A stretch of DNA of 64,000 nt from Octopus bimaculoides. Lineage: Eukaryota. Where the stretch lies: contig NC_068984.1 of assembly GCF_001194135.2 (NCBI RefSeq), forward strand, positions 99,563,761 through 99,627,760, read 5' to 3'. The notes beneath the pieces are model-generated. The model was not told the origin of the DNA. It was given only the letters and a program-made list of their open reading frames with translations, and ran no database searches. This document shows positions 24,951 through 37,820 of the stretch, one piece after another. A program made the translations under genes and the position numbers. Numbering within the stretch: position 1 is the stretch's first letter; each line of letters begins with the position of its first letter.

Positions 24951-25660
24951 ATACCTTCTTTCCTCCTCTCTGATTCCTACCTATCACTAACTTATCACAT
25001 ATGTCCATTTATAGTAATTTGACATCCTTGTATTCTTCCCTCTGCTTCAAATTTTACTACCAAAACTATTCACTTCAGTATCACCCCACCCATACTTTTT
25101 CTCAACTCATCCCTTAATGCAGCTCTGTCATATCACCCCCACTCACATTCTTTCACTCCTTACCTTATCATCTCTTCTTCCTATCCCTCCCCCAACACCT
25201 CTCCCATCCTCCCATCACATTACCTTTTCTCACTTCTTTCACCCTTTTTCACTTTTTCACTCTCCCTTTTTTCTTTTTTCTCTCTTTCTTCCTATCATTT
25301 TCTCTTCCTGTTATAAATTTGACCTATCTCCTCTTTCTATTCATACACATCTCCCCGATCTATCCACAAATACTACCAAAACATTCTCAAATCTTCATTC
25401 ATACCAGAAAACACTTTCAAACAAACAACACTGATTCCACGGCTCCATACTTTGAAACAACTAAACATGAACTGCAATTGGAACTTACATACCATGTACG
25501 GAAACTTTTTTACCACTTCTATACACCATTTTCCTTCAATAATGGAACTGCAACTACAATATCTTTATATATTTTATTTCTACTTTCATTCTCTTATTTC
25601 CCACTAAATTCCCTATCTCCTCCTTTTCCATAATAATTGAAACTCAAATATTTTCTCACA

Positions 25661-25712
25661 TTATCCCTGATGAAGGGATATCCATAATATCCCGAAACAG
25701 CTGTAAGACTAT
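25661..25712 (+). ncRNA. Type I hammerhead-like motif with intact core, defective stem I
   Basis: CTGATGA-A-GGGATAT ccata ATATCCC-GAAAC-AGCT-GTA. It lies downstream of a pyrimidine-rich, Penelope-like segment (about 25020-25660). Confidence 0.6.
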
Positions 25713-25759
25713 TTCATTATAAATGTCCTGAAAACTCCTCACTCTGTTATCTCATTCTG

Positions 25760-25804
<45 letters not shown>

Positions 25805-27074
25805 CAGACACATGACAGGCGAATTTTCAGTTTCCATCTACCAAATTTATTCACAAAGTTTAGGTCAGCCTGCGGCTACTATAGAAGATATATGCCTAGG
25901 GTGTTATGCAGTGGGCCTGAACCTGGAACCGTGTGGTTGGGAAGCAAGCTTCTTACCATAAAGTCATGCCATACATACTTTCTTACACACAGATAAATAC
26001 ACACATGGACACATGCACACATATACATACAGGCACATATAGGAAAACCCCTTCGGTCATGAATGACCGTGGGATTGCACCTAGAAAGTTACCCTCTGAG
26101 GCACAAGTCCGGGCAAGGTTGATTCTGGAAGGCTAGCAATCGCTCATGCATACCAGCCTCTTCTCTCCACACCACTGATGTTATCCAAGGGAAAGGCAAA
26201 GGCTGATACAGCTTGGCACCAGTGATGTTGCAACTCATTTCTACAGCTGAGTTAACTGGAGCAACATGAAATAATGTGTCTTGCTCAAGAACACAACATG
26301 CAGCCTGGTCCAGGAATTGAACTCACAACCTCGTAATAAGCTCAACGCTCTAACCACTGAACTATGCACCTTCACTACACACATATATGTACACACATAC
26401 AAATATATCATCATCATTATCNNNNNNNNNNNNNNNNNNNNNNNNNNNNNNNNNNNNNNNNNNNNNNNNNNNNNNNNNNNNNNNNNNNNNNNNNNNNNNN
26501 NNNNNNNNNNNNNNNNNNNNNNNNNNNNNNNNNNNNNNNNNNNNNNNNNNNNNNNNNNNNNNNNNNNNNNNNNNNNNNNNNNNNNNNNNNNNNNNNNNNN
26601 NNNNNNNNNNNNNNNNNNNNNNNNNNNNNNNNNNNNNNNNNNNNNNNNNNNNNNNNNNNNNNNNNNNNNNNNNNNNNNNNNNNNNNNNNNNNNNNNNNNN
26701 NNNNNNNNNNNNNNNNNNNNNNNNNNNNNNNNNNNNNNNNNNNNNNNNNNNNNNNNNNNNNNNNNNNNNNNNNNNNNNNNNNNNNNNNNNNNNNNNNNNN
26801 NNNNNNNNNNNNNNNNNNNNNNNNNNNNNNNNNNNNNNNNNNNNNNNNNNNNNNNNNNNNNNNNNNNNNNNNNNNNNNNNNNNNNNNNNNNNNNNNNNNN
26901 NNNNNNNNNNNNNNNNNNNNNNNNNNNNNNNNNNNNNNNNNNNNNNNNNNNNNNNNNNNNNNNNNNNNNNNNNNNNNNNNNNNNNNNNNNNNNNNNNNNN
27001 NNNNNNNNNNNNNNNNNNNNNNNNNNNNNNNNNNNNNNNNNNNNNNNNNNNNNNNNNNNNNNNNNNNNNNNNNN

Positions 27075-27710
27075 GTGCTGTTAGTGCTCCACTGGCATGG
27101 GTACCAGTCATCGAATTTGGTTCAATTTCTATTTCACTTGCCCCAACAGGTCTTCGCAAGCAAAGTTTAGTGTCCAATGAAGGAAAGGTTGGCATGGGTG
27201 CCACTCGTTGAATTTGGTTGGATTTCAGTTTCGGTTTCACTTGCCTCAACAGGTTTTCACAAACAGAGTTTTAGTGTCCAATGAAGGAGAGGTACGCATA
27301 AGTGGGCTTGCTACAACCATGGCAAAGGCCATGGGTTATGGTCTCACTTGGCTTGCCGGGTCTTCTCATGCACAACATATTTCCAAAGGTCTCGGTCACT
27401 AGTCATTGTCTCGATGAGGCCTAATGTTCGAAGGTCATGCTTCACCACCTCATTCCAGGTCTTCCTCGGTCTACCTCTCCCACAGGTTTCCTCAACTGCT
27501 AGGGTGTGGCACTTCTTCACACAGCTATCCTCATCCATTCTCACCACATGACCATACCAACGCAATTGTCTCTCTTGCACACCACAACTGATGCTTCTTA
27601 GGTCCAACTTTTCTCTCAAGGTACTTACACTCCGTTGAGTATGCACACTGACATTACACATCCATCGGAGCATACTGGCTTCATTCCTTGCGAGATATTT
27701 ATAAATCACT
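27075..27710 (-). mobile_element. RTE LINE 3' end with UTR
   Basis: EASMLRWMCNVSV...LRWYGHVVRMDEDSCVKK...GRGRPRKTWNEVVKHDL. The UTR contains a ~90-bp tandem duplication. Confidence 0.92.
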
Positions 27711-27867
27711 ATGCTCAGCCTTTATAACCACAATAACAGCATGCCTCTTCATTTCTTTAGTAAGCTGAGGATCTGCCATTATTATTTTCTGAAACAAAGA
27801 TTATACAGTGTTAGCAAGAAATGCAGTAATGACCCAAAAAATGTATGTCCTCAAATACCTTATATAC

Positions 27868-27910
<43 letters not shown>

Positions 27911-27925
27911 NNNNNNNNNNGTGTG

Positions 27926-27957
<32 letters not shown>

Positions 27958-28516
27958 CATGTGTGTGTGTAGATAGATATATAGATAGATAGATATGTAT
28001 GTATGTATATACACATACATATTTATATATGTGTGTGTATCTATACATACCTCATTGTGTTTGTTACATAAAAATTTGTAGTGTCCGCTGGGTTTTTTCT
28101 TTTTATATGGGGTTAGTTAGGCAACCTGGAATAACTGTTGACTACTTCCAGTGAGAGAAATCCTGAGTAAATATCACTTCCTATGTGAAGCTATTTGAGT
28201 TCATTTATACAGTTAACAGCAGTGGAAAAATTATAAAAAACATCTTATATCCTGCTTCTCATAAATCTGAGCAATTTTAACAAAGTAAGAGATTTTTCTT
28301 TCTAATTTAGGCACAAGGCCACTGCAATGCTACAAGGCATTTTTTTCCAGTGCTCTAATTATTCTACCAGTCCACAACCCTCTAAGTAACAAAGAAAGAA
28401 ATAGCAAACACTGCAGAGATTAGCCTGTGTATTGGAGGCACATTGAAGCAGCCTACTAATTATGCAGCATAGTTTCAATTCTTGGTCGAGTCACTTTCCT
28501 ATTACTTACTCTGTAG

Positions 28517-28592
28517 ATACTCTTTGGAAAGGCATAAATATTACTTACTCCCCACCCCCACTCTTTTTGGTTTGTCAATACATATCAATATT
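28517..28592 (+). CDS. Candidate exon (D)TLWKGINITYSPPPLFLVCQYISI(L)
   Basis: Acceptor TTCCTATTACTTACTCTGTAG. Donors TTG|GTTTGT (28570) or TT|GTATTG (28593); the second is phase-compatible with 29245. Confidence 0.3.
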
Positions 28593-29244
28593 GTATTGAT
28601 GGAAAATTCAATTTCATTGAATTGTCAGACAAACTATTTTAGAATAAATATAATCATGATATTGGAAGAATTTGATTCCAGTCAATACCAATTCTTTAGA
28701 AAGTTTACCATCTGTTGGCTCATTCATGAAATTACTATAGATTCCATTGATTTCCTAACAACCGGCACCATCATAGCTTTTTATGTGAAGTTCTTTGACT
28801 TTTGGTGATAAAGATACAAGCCTTTCTATATTCCATTTGTTGTTAGTCATTGCAGCAAGGAATTAAGAGGTGAATATGTTGGTTTGATCTGAATAAATGC
28901 AATTTCCCTCATTATGGTTGCTTTTTCAGTTCCATTTAAAAGCTGCTATTACACTCTCAAGCTAAGAATTTTCTGATTTAACAAATTATTATTAAAAAAA
29001 CAGAAAACAAAAAAATTAATACAAAACAAGGAAAAATAATATACAAAATAAAAACAAAAAATAGACAAGAAATACTTTGTACTATTTCAGATATCACAAG
29101 ATCTACCAAATGCCATAGAAAAGGACATGTTTCTTGGACTGTGTATTTGAATACTTCACAAAGCATCATCAATGAATATTTTTATGATTTATTATTTCTT
29201 TTTTTCTTTAATTTTATTTTAACAATTTTATTGCAAATTCTTAG

Positions 29245-29348
29245 AAAAAGCTTGCCTTGTTCACAATCAGACAATCTCTCAGCAGAAGAAACCTTTTATA
29301 AGCAGCTTTTCATAAAATCTATTTATTTACCTTCCATCACCAAATTCT
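29245..29348 (+). CDS. Candidate exon KSLPCSQSDNLSAEETFYKQLFIKSIYLPSITKF
   Basis: T-rich tract plus TTCTTAG acceptor and good donor T|GTATGT. Only one frame is open. Confidence 0.35.
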
Positions 29349-29624
29349 GTATGTCTTTTTACCCAAATTTTAATTTCTTCTTATCACACCATTTAACATC
29401 TGCTACAACTAATTTATTAACCATATCAGGTACAGGCATTGCTAGGTAGTTAAGAAATTTGCTTTGGAACCATAATGTTTGAAATTAGCTCCCACTACAC
29501 AGACACTACATCCTCTACTTTAGCCATGAGTTGATCTATACCTTGTCAGCGAAATTTGGTAGATGGAAACTGGAGAAAATCTGCCATGTATATATATATA
29601 TATATATATGTGATGGCTGTCCAC

Positions 29625-31330
29625 TTATTACCGAGGAAGACCATTGCTGACCTTTAGGAACATTGTGCGTTCTAGGACTAACATATATTTGGCATTCACG
29701 GCTCCATTAGTGGCTAAGGGGCCCTGCTCTTGACAAGCATACATGACTGCAGACATTGCAAACCAAGCTTTCCCCATTCACTACACTAGCAGTGCGTTTT
29801 CAAGCAGCACGCTTAAATTCTTCATGCAGAATATGGGCTCTCTCAAAGGTGTCGACCCCACTCCTTAACCTGCTTCCGCCATTTGTGATGATGACAGGCA
29901 TTGCTCTCCTAGTCAGTCTCTTGCATATCATAGGCCTTTAATGAGGACTTGACACAGTCCTTAAATCGTAGCCTTGGTTTCTGCCAGGGTCTCTTTCCAC
30001 TATCAAATTCCCCACATAGCATCTGTTTAGGGATTCTGCTATCCTTCATTCTAATAAGGTGTCCAGTCCAATGTAACCAGTGCTTGTGCAACATCACCTC
30101 AATACTCAAAATATCAGCTGTCCTCAGGACCTGTGTGTCTGGAGTTTTTAAGGTCCTGCTAACATTCAGAATGTCTCAGACATCTCTGATGAAAGCTTTC
30201 GAGGGCCCTTACCTGACATTTGTAATGGGTCTGTGTCTCACATGAGTAAAGGAGTGATGTCTGTACACATGCATGGTACACAGCAGTTTTTGTTTGCTTT
30301 GTGATGCCATGCTGGGACCAGACACAAGACTGAAGAGACTGGAAGGAATCAGTTGCTCTCTGCAGTCTGAAAGATATTTCATCATCCAGGGAGCAAGAAC
30401 GACTGAGTGTGCTGCCCAGGTAGCCAAACTTGTCTACCACTTTCAGAATTGTTCCTTCAACCAAGATAGCTAATTCCACATATGGATTTCCTGGTGCAGG
30501 CTGGAAGATTATAACAGTCTTGTCCAGGCTAATGCTGAGTCCAAATGCTTTGTAAGAAGCAGAAATATGATTCATAAGTATTTGCATGTCATCCGCTGTA
30601 TGAGTGACTAAGTCACAATCATCTGCATGAAGGAGGTCACGAATAAGAGACTTGAAAACTTTTGAATTGGCAGCAAATCGGTGCAGATTAAAGAGGCAAC
30701 CAGAAGATCAATACCTAACAGAGATTCCCAGTGAGCTAACCTTAGCAAAAGCATGAGTAAAAGCAGCAGCAAAGTACAAAGAAAAGAGAGTTGGGGCAAG
30801 GATGTCACCCTGCTTGACACCATTCTCTACAGGAATGGGTCCTGCCATGCCACCGCCAACATTGACCCAAGACTCCATCTCATCATGAAATGATTTAATT
30901 ATAGATATAAAGTGATCCAGACATCCAAGTTTGCCAAGTATTTTCCATAGAAGGCCTTTGTTAAATCAATGAATACTTGGACAAGATCCATAGCATTTCT
31001 CCTGCATATGTCTTGCTGTGAAAATCATATCCATTGCCCCTCTACCAGATCAGAATCCACATTGAGATTCAGATAGGACATCATTTACGAGACACCCATT
31101 CAGGTGGGTAAGAAGAATATTTGCCAGAACTTTGCCAGCAGCTGATAGTAGAGCAATACCTCTGTAGTTACCACACATTATTCTGGTTCCTTTTCCTTTA
31201 TAGAGAGGAAGAATAATTGCATCCTTTCAGTAACTTAGGTATTGTACCATCCCTCCAGACTACACTAATAAGTTCATGAAGGGTCTATATGATGTAATCA
31301 CCACCAAATTGCAAGACCTCAACACAAATT
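29625..31330 (-). mobile_element. RTE (BovB-like) LINE, degenerate RT to 3' UTR
   Basis: FMQMIVT (from the FADD region), FGLSISLDKT, VVDKFGYLGSTLS, VYHACVQTSLLYSCET, LESFHQRCLR, HWTGHLIRMKDSRIPKQMLCGE, KPRLRFKDCVK. Confidence 0.92.
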
Positions 31331-31836
31331 CCATCCCTTGCAGGTGCCCTACCAAGATTCAATTTACTTATTGTCATCACCGTATAACATCCATTTTCCA
31401 TACTAACCTGAGTTGGACAGCTTGATGGGAGCTAGTCAGCCAGAGAGCTATCCAGGCTCCAGTCACCTCTTTTAACCAGGTTTCTATTGCTGGATACCCT
31501 TCCTTATGCCAACCACTTTATGGAGTGTGCTGTGTACTTTTTATGTGCTACGAGCTTCGCACGAATGCGTTTTACATGGCACTTGCATGAGCGCATTATA
31601 CATAACACCTTGATAATAGTAATCCTTTCCACTATAGGCACAAGGCCTCAGATATTGGGGGAAGGAGGTTAGTTAATTACATCAACCTGGTGCTTGATTG
31701 GTACTTATTTCTTCAACCCTGAAAGGATAAAAGACAAAATTGACTTTGGTGGAATTTGAAGTCAGAACATAAAGACAAATGAAAAGCCACTAAGCATCTC
31801 ATCTGGTATGCTACCAAATCTACCAACTTGCTGCTC

Positions 31837-31890
<54 letters not shown>

Positions 31891-32159
31891 TAATTTCAGA
31901 TTTTGACACAAGGCCAGCAACTTCTATGGAGGGATAAATCAATTACATTAGCCCTAGTACTCAATTGGTATCTACTTCATTGAGTCCAGAAGATTGAAAG
32001 GCAAAATTGATCTTAGTAAAATTTGAACTTGGAACTTTAAGGCAGACGAAATGCCCCTAAGCTTTTTGCTTTGCATGCTAACCGTTCTGCCAATAATAAT
32101 AATGATGATGATTTGATTTATTTGCCACCAGAGCAAAAGATGAGGCTGACAATACAAAG

Positions 32160-32870
32160 ATAGAAATTAACTGCCATGGGTATCTCCCATGGCACAGCCC
32201 CTTGTCTGTTGGTAAACTCCTTGTCCAAACTTCATTATGTTACTTTGTAACACAAACCTCAATAACCTACAGAGAAAATTTTATGGAATACTTTTGTTTG
32301 ACCGTTTTCCAAAGGTATTCATGCATGCTTCTACCCCTTCATTGTGGTCAATATTGGGATATAAGGAAGAAACATCCATGGTTACCAAAAAACAGTTTTT
32401 GATATGGCTTCAGTGCTCCAAAAAGTTGTTGATTTTAGACACAAAATCAAAAGTATCCCAAATATAGAAACTTAATCTTTTTGCAACAGGGAGTAAAATG
32501 CAATCCAGCCATTCTGAAATCTTGGCTGTACAACATTCATATCTGCTGCAAATTGGACACATTGGAGGAAATCTTTCGAATTTTTTGTTTATTTTAAGGA
32601 GACCATAAAATACAGATGTTCTTCATTCTGAATGTAAAATCCTGGCTTCGGCCTTATTAATGAAATTGTTTTCCTCAATTTCCAGAATTATTTTGTCAAG
32701 TACTTCTCTGTAATTGGGGTTTGGATCAACAGGTAATTCTTTATATGAAGTTTTATCACTTAAAATTTTCATCACAAGCTGAAATATACTCACTTTTGTC
32801 CATGATTACAAAAGCACCTCCCTTATCCATCATTTTAATGACAATAGAATCATTATTAGCTAGACATCAG
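32160..32870 (-). mobile_element. Penelope-like element, RT N-terminal half (inverted segment)
   Basis: Minus strand DSIVIKMMDKGGAFVIMDKSEYI...YKELPVDPNP...FYGLLKINK...KISEWLD...MKFGQGVYQQTRGCAMG. Confidence 0.85.
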
Positions 32871-33400
32871 AGTGCATAACATTGGGAGTGTGTACACCAT
32901 TATGTCAAACATGGTTACAGTGTATCGCAATTAAAAGTAATACCAAATGACATAGCTAAGGTTAGCAAAGGAAGTCAAACCTCCATGCATAATTTTAGCA
33001 AACACAGTACAATATGTGACAGAATTCCTTTAGTGATTAACTGGCACCGAAATTTTGCTAGCATTTCAAAAGTGTTATGTGAAAGTTACCTGCACGTTGT
33101 GGAAAAATATCCTCGTTTCAAACAGATATTTCCTCAGCCACCTATTGCAGCCTTTAGATGGAATAAAAATATAAGAGAACTATTGACCCCTATTTCTGAA
33201 AACTAACATTGGAGTATCTGCACGCTGTTGAAGGATGTTGAACGAAACATCCATGTTTCCCCACCTACAAGGTCATGCACTATTTATCTTGATATGCAAT
33301 TACCATGTTGTGCACGTATGATTGTAATGCATGTGCCTGGTGTAGCCTTATCAGACAGATAGACATGATTAGTATATTGGGTTTAGTATATTTGTACCCC
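32871..33400 (+). mobile_element. Penelope-like element, post-RT linker and start of degenerate GIY-YIG region
   Basis: KHGYSVSQL...DRIPLVINWHRNF...FKQIFPQPPIAAFRWNKNIRELL, followed by a decayed ICNYHVVHV...C..C...YQTDR. Confidence 0.8.
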
Positions 33401-34019
33401 ACTGTCACTCTTATGGCATGCACTGCTCTCTCACTCAGTAAGAATAATAATAATGATAATAATAATAATAATAATCCTTTCTACTATAAGCACAAGGCCT
33501 GAAATTTTGGAATAGAGAGCTTGTCAATTACATCAGCCCCAGTGCTCAACTGGTACATTTTTATCAACCATAAAAGGAAGAAAAACAAAATTGACTATGG
33601 TGGAATTTCACCCTAGAATGTTAAGGCAGACAAAATGCCACTAAGCTTTTCACCCAATGTGCTAACAACTCTGTCAGCTTGCTGCATTAATGATAATAAT
33701 GATGGTTTCAGATTTGACACAAGGCCAGCAATTTCAGAGGTAGGGTTAAGTTGATTACATTGACCCCAGTGTTCAACTGGTACGTGTTTTATCAAACCTG
33801 AAAGGATGAAAGGCGAAGTTGACCTCAGTGGAATTTGAACACAGAATGTAAAGGTGGATGAAATGCTGCTAAACATTTTGCTTGGAATGGTAATGATTTT
33901 GCCAGCTCGCCACATTAATAATAAACTAATGATAATAAAAATAACAATAATAATAATAGTAGTAGTAATAATAATAATAATAATGATAATATAGATAATA
34001 ATAATAATTATTATTATTA

Positions 34020-34663
34020 TTTTCTCTTTATCACAAGTTTTGTTGGAGCTCCTGGAAATAGTAGTGGGCCTACTACCTGCAGCCTAAGGTACCATGCTAT
34101 TCATTCTTTTCAGCTATCTAATACTTTCCTGATTATTCAGGCCATGCCAAGGAGGCAAACCTTTTGTAGCAATTCTACTGGGCATTCTATTCCAATTTAC
34201 TTTATATTCCCCTTGATACCTTCTGATACTGTTCCCAAGAACTCAACAATAATTGGCACTATCTTCACCTTCTTCATTTTCCATCGCTGGGTTACTTCAT
34301 ACTTATGAGGGTTGTATCTATCTATATTTATGCCTTCCTTCTTGATTATTCATGGATCAAAGGGGCATGCAACATCAACTATATAGCATATGTGGTGCAC
34401 CTTATCCACCACTACTAGGTCTGGTCTGTTATGCTGCAGCTCTTGATCTATTGGGACTGGGAAATTCTAGAGGATTTTGCTTGACTCCGACTTTGCCACT
34501 CTCTGCAGTTTGTGTTCATACCACATCCTGCTTCTCTCTAGCCTCCACTTTTCGCAGTTTCCAATGTAGCACTTTCACAACCTGGTCATGTCACCACAAC
34601 TTGTGGTAGTTTTGGGCAAGTCTAGGGCATTCGTTCATGATATGGTTGATTATGATTATTATA

Positions 34664-34708
<45 letters not shown>

Positions 34709-35130
34709 TTGGTTTGGCTCGGGTTCAGTCTTATTCCTGGTAGAAATTATGTGGATAGCTGGTTACTACCTGTAACATTAGGTACCCACTAGTTTTCAGC
34801 AGTCTTTCAAATGCTTAGAATCCTCCTGATAACTCTTGCTGTTCCTAAGAGACAAACTTTCTGTAGGAGTTCTACCAGGCATTCTGTTTCAATCTCCTTC
34901 AGCCATTTGTCTATATGTTGGCTTACTGTTCCCAATGCACCAATTATCATAGGCACGACCATTACTGTTCAAATGCACCAAATTCTTCCTATTTCAAACT
35001 TTAGGGCTTTGTATTCTTTTTGTTTTTCTTCCTCTTTCTTTATGATCCTGAAATCAAAAATGCATGATGGGTCGATAAGTAAGAAACTTCACTTTTCCTT
35101 ATCTACAATTGTTATGTCTGGTCAATTATT
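34020..35130 (-). mobile_element. Two head-to-tail 5'-truncated R4/Dong-type LINE ends, each followed by (AAT)n
   Basis: Both end in LQKVCLLG(M/T)A.(I)IR and have similar 3' UTRs. (AAT)n tracts at about 33930-34022 and 34655-34708. Confidence 0.8.
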
Positions 35131-35439
35131 TTCTAATTTCTTGTCCAGACAAGAAACTATTATTGTTGCTGTTGTTGCTGCTGGTGTTGTTGTTGTTGAT
35201 TTTAAGGCAGTAAGCTGACAGAATCATTAGCACACTGGGGAAAATGGTTAACAGCATTTTGTTTGTCTTTTCAACCTGAGTTAAAATTCCAGTGAGGTCA
35301 ACTTTACCTTTCATCCTTTTGGGATTGACAAAATAAATATCTGTTGAGCACTGGTTTGACTTCCCCTCCCCTCAAAAACTGTTGGCTCTGGGCCAAAATT
35401 TAAAACTGTTATCATTGTTGTTGAGGACAGCTGCATGAA

Positions 35440-36060
35440 GAAGTACTGTTCTCTAATTGTGGAGGGAATGTGTGGAAGGCGTTGACCCAGGAAGATGTAG
35501 GACAAAGTGGTAAGAAAGATGTTAGACCTCATAGAGGAGATGACAAGGGACTGAGACTCCTGGTGTTTTGCTGTGCTTGAGAAGACACGTCAAGCTAAGT
35601 AAAATCATGGCCATCCGTACATACATACAGGCATGTCCTCTACATCCTCTCAGCCAAGAAGTCCTGGTCTTTCAGGTTCATGGGTGCTGGTGCCACTTAA
35701 GAACATTCATACTGGTGTCACATAAACATGCCTAAGCCAGTGCTACATGAAAGCACCTGTGCCAGTGCTATATATAAATGCCCTTGCTAATTCCACATAA
35801 AAGTGCCTATGCTGGTGCTATGTAAAAGTGCCCATGCAAGTGCCACATAAAATCACAGTGTCACATTAAAAGCCAGTGTCACATTAAAAGCACCCAGTAC
35901 ACTCTGTTAAGTGGTTGGCATTAAGAAGGACATCCAACCATAGAAACCATGCCAAAACTGACAAATGGTGCCCAGGCAGCTCTTCAGCTGTCCGACACCT
36001 GTCAAGCTGTCCAACCTATGCTAGCATGGAGAACAGACATTAAATGATGATGATGATGAT
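35440..36060 (+). mobile_element. RTE LINE 3' end with minisatellite UTR and (GAT)n tail
   Basis: GGAATGTGTGGAAGGCGTTGACCCAGGAAGATGTAGG (GRGRPRKTW remnant), GCTGGTGCCACATAAAAG units, and the ATTAAATGATGATGAT terminus. Confidence 0.8.
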
Positions 36061-36494
36061 GGCGATGGTGGCAGCAGCGGCAGCAGCAGTGGTATGACAG
36101 TGGATAAGAATGAAAGAGAAAAAGGAAAAGGAAAGTGATATCATAAATATATCCTTATAAAATTAGCAGATAATCTACTATGAATGCTTTTGCAATCACT
36201 AGCAACAAGAATACTGAAGAGTTAGTACAGACACCAATTCCTGGTTAACATGTACCAATAGCAAAGGTGATTCAATAGAATATCACAGGGATTAGAATCA
36301 ACACTTTACTGGTTACTAAAAACGAAAATTAATTTTAATTTTTTAATAGAAAATTTCCAAGGATTTCCAGTAACTGCAAAGCCACTAACCTGTTTACAAG
36401 AAATATATATAAATCAGACACACAAGAGCACACACACGTTCACACACACACACACACACATGTGTATATACATACATACGTGAATGTATGTATG

Positions 36495-36528
<34 letters not shown>

Positions 36529-37266
36529 NNNNNNNNNNNNNNNNNNNNNNNNNNNNNNNNNNNNNNNNNNNNNNNNNNNNNNNNNNNNNNNNNNNNNNNN
36601 NNNNNNNNNNNNNNNNNNNNNNNNNNNNNNNNNNNNNNNNNNNNNNNNNNNNNNNNNNNNNNNNNNNNNNNNNNNNNNNNNNNNNNNNNNNNNNNNNNNN
36701 NNNNNNNNNNNNNNNNNNNNNNNNNNNNNNNNNNNNNNNNNNNNNNNNNNNNNNNNNNNNNNNNNNNNNNNNNNNNNNNNNNNNNNNNNNNNNNNNNNNN
36801 NNNNNNNNNNNNNNNNNNNNNNNNNNNNNNNNNNNNNNNNNNNNNNNNNNNNNNNNNNNNNNNNNNNNNNNNNNNNNNNNNNNNNNNNNNNNNNNNNNNN
36901 NNNNNNNNNNNNNNNNNNNNNNNNNNNNNNNNNNNNNNNNNNNNNNNNNNNNNNNNNNNNNNNNNNNNNNNNNNNNNNNNNNNNNNNNNNNNNNNNNNNN
37001 NNNNNNNNNNNNNNNNNNNNNNNNNNNNNNNNNNNNNNNNNNNNNNNNNNNNNNNNNNNNNNNNNNNNNNNNNNNNNNNNNNNNNNNNNNNNNNNNNNNN
37101 NNNNNNNNNNNNNNNNNNNNNNNNNNNNNNNNNNNNNNNNNNNNNNNNNNNNNNNNNNNNNNNNNNNNNNNNNNNNNNNNNNNNNNNNNNNNNNNNNNNN
37201 NNNNNNNNNNNNNNNNNNNCTCTGAGAGTGTAGTGAGTGCTTTTACGTGCCACCTGTACATATATA

Positions 37267-37311
<45 letters not shown>

Positions 37312-37449
37312 GTATATATTATTTATATTATATATACATACATACATACTTACATGTGTGTGTGTGTATACACAGACAGTGACATAAGTTGGTTCCTCAT
37401 CTGTTAAGTAATAACATCTTGTCTAAGGATCAGAGGAGTGGAGGCATTT

Positions 37450-37820
37450 GGGAAAGAGATGCATGGTTGTAAAGAACAACCATTGGTGTACTGAGCTGTT
37501 ATTGAAAGGATCATGAAGAAAAAAGAAATATCTTAACATGGGAATGGTTGTATTTGTATTTGGCAGCATCCAACACTTCTGCATATTAAAGACACTGTAC
37601 AATTACAAAGCAGCCCCTTATACTGAGGTAGCATATAAATGATGGCATGACAGAAAGCAATTTAATGAAACTCAAAATATTACATTAGATTTACACAGTG
37701 AAATCAAGGAATTAGAACAGATCCAACCATGCAAATATTTATGTATAGATAAAAGCAATAAGATGCAATGGACCAAAATGAGGGAGAAAATTAGAGAAGA
37801 GTTGTCATAATACTTAGACT
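37450..37820 (+). mobile_element. Degenerate R4/Dong-type RT fragment
   Basis: SEIKELEQIQPCKYLCIDKSNKMQWTKMREKIREE resembles the IKEL...YKYLGI...KMKEKI region of R4 RTs. Confidence 0.6.

Larger units (their letters stand above)
31620..33915 (-). mobile_element. Two tandem pairs of SINE family A copies (31620-32090 and 33470-33915) separated by (AAT)n
   Basis: Four reverse-complement copies of the GAAAGGATGAAAGGCAAAGTCGAC core flanking the Penelope remnant. Confidence 0.8.

Noticed and set aside
33222-33262. CTGTTGAAGGATGTT...AACATCC motif
   Set aside because: Lies in the decayed Penelope coding region leading into GIY-YIG, and the hammerhead topology cannot be completed.
37567-37627. Apparent exon IQHFCILKTLYNYKAAPYTE
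   Set aside because: Embedded in a region that reads as a decayed R4 RT, so the splice signals are likely coincidental.
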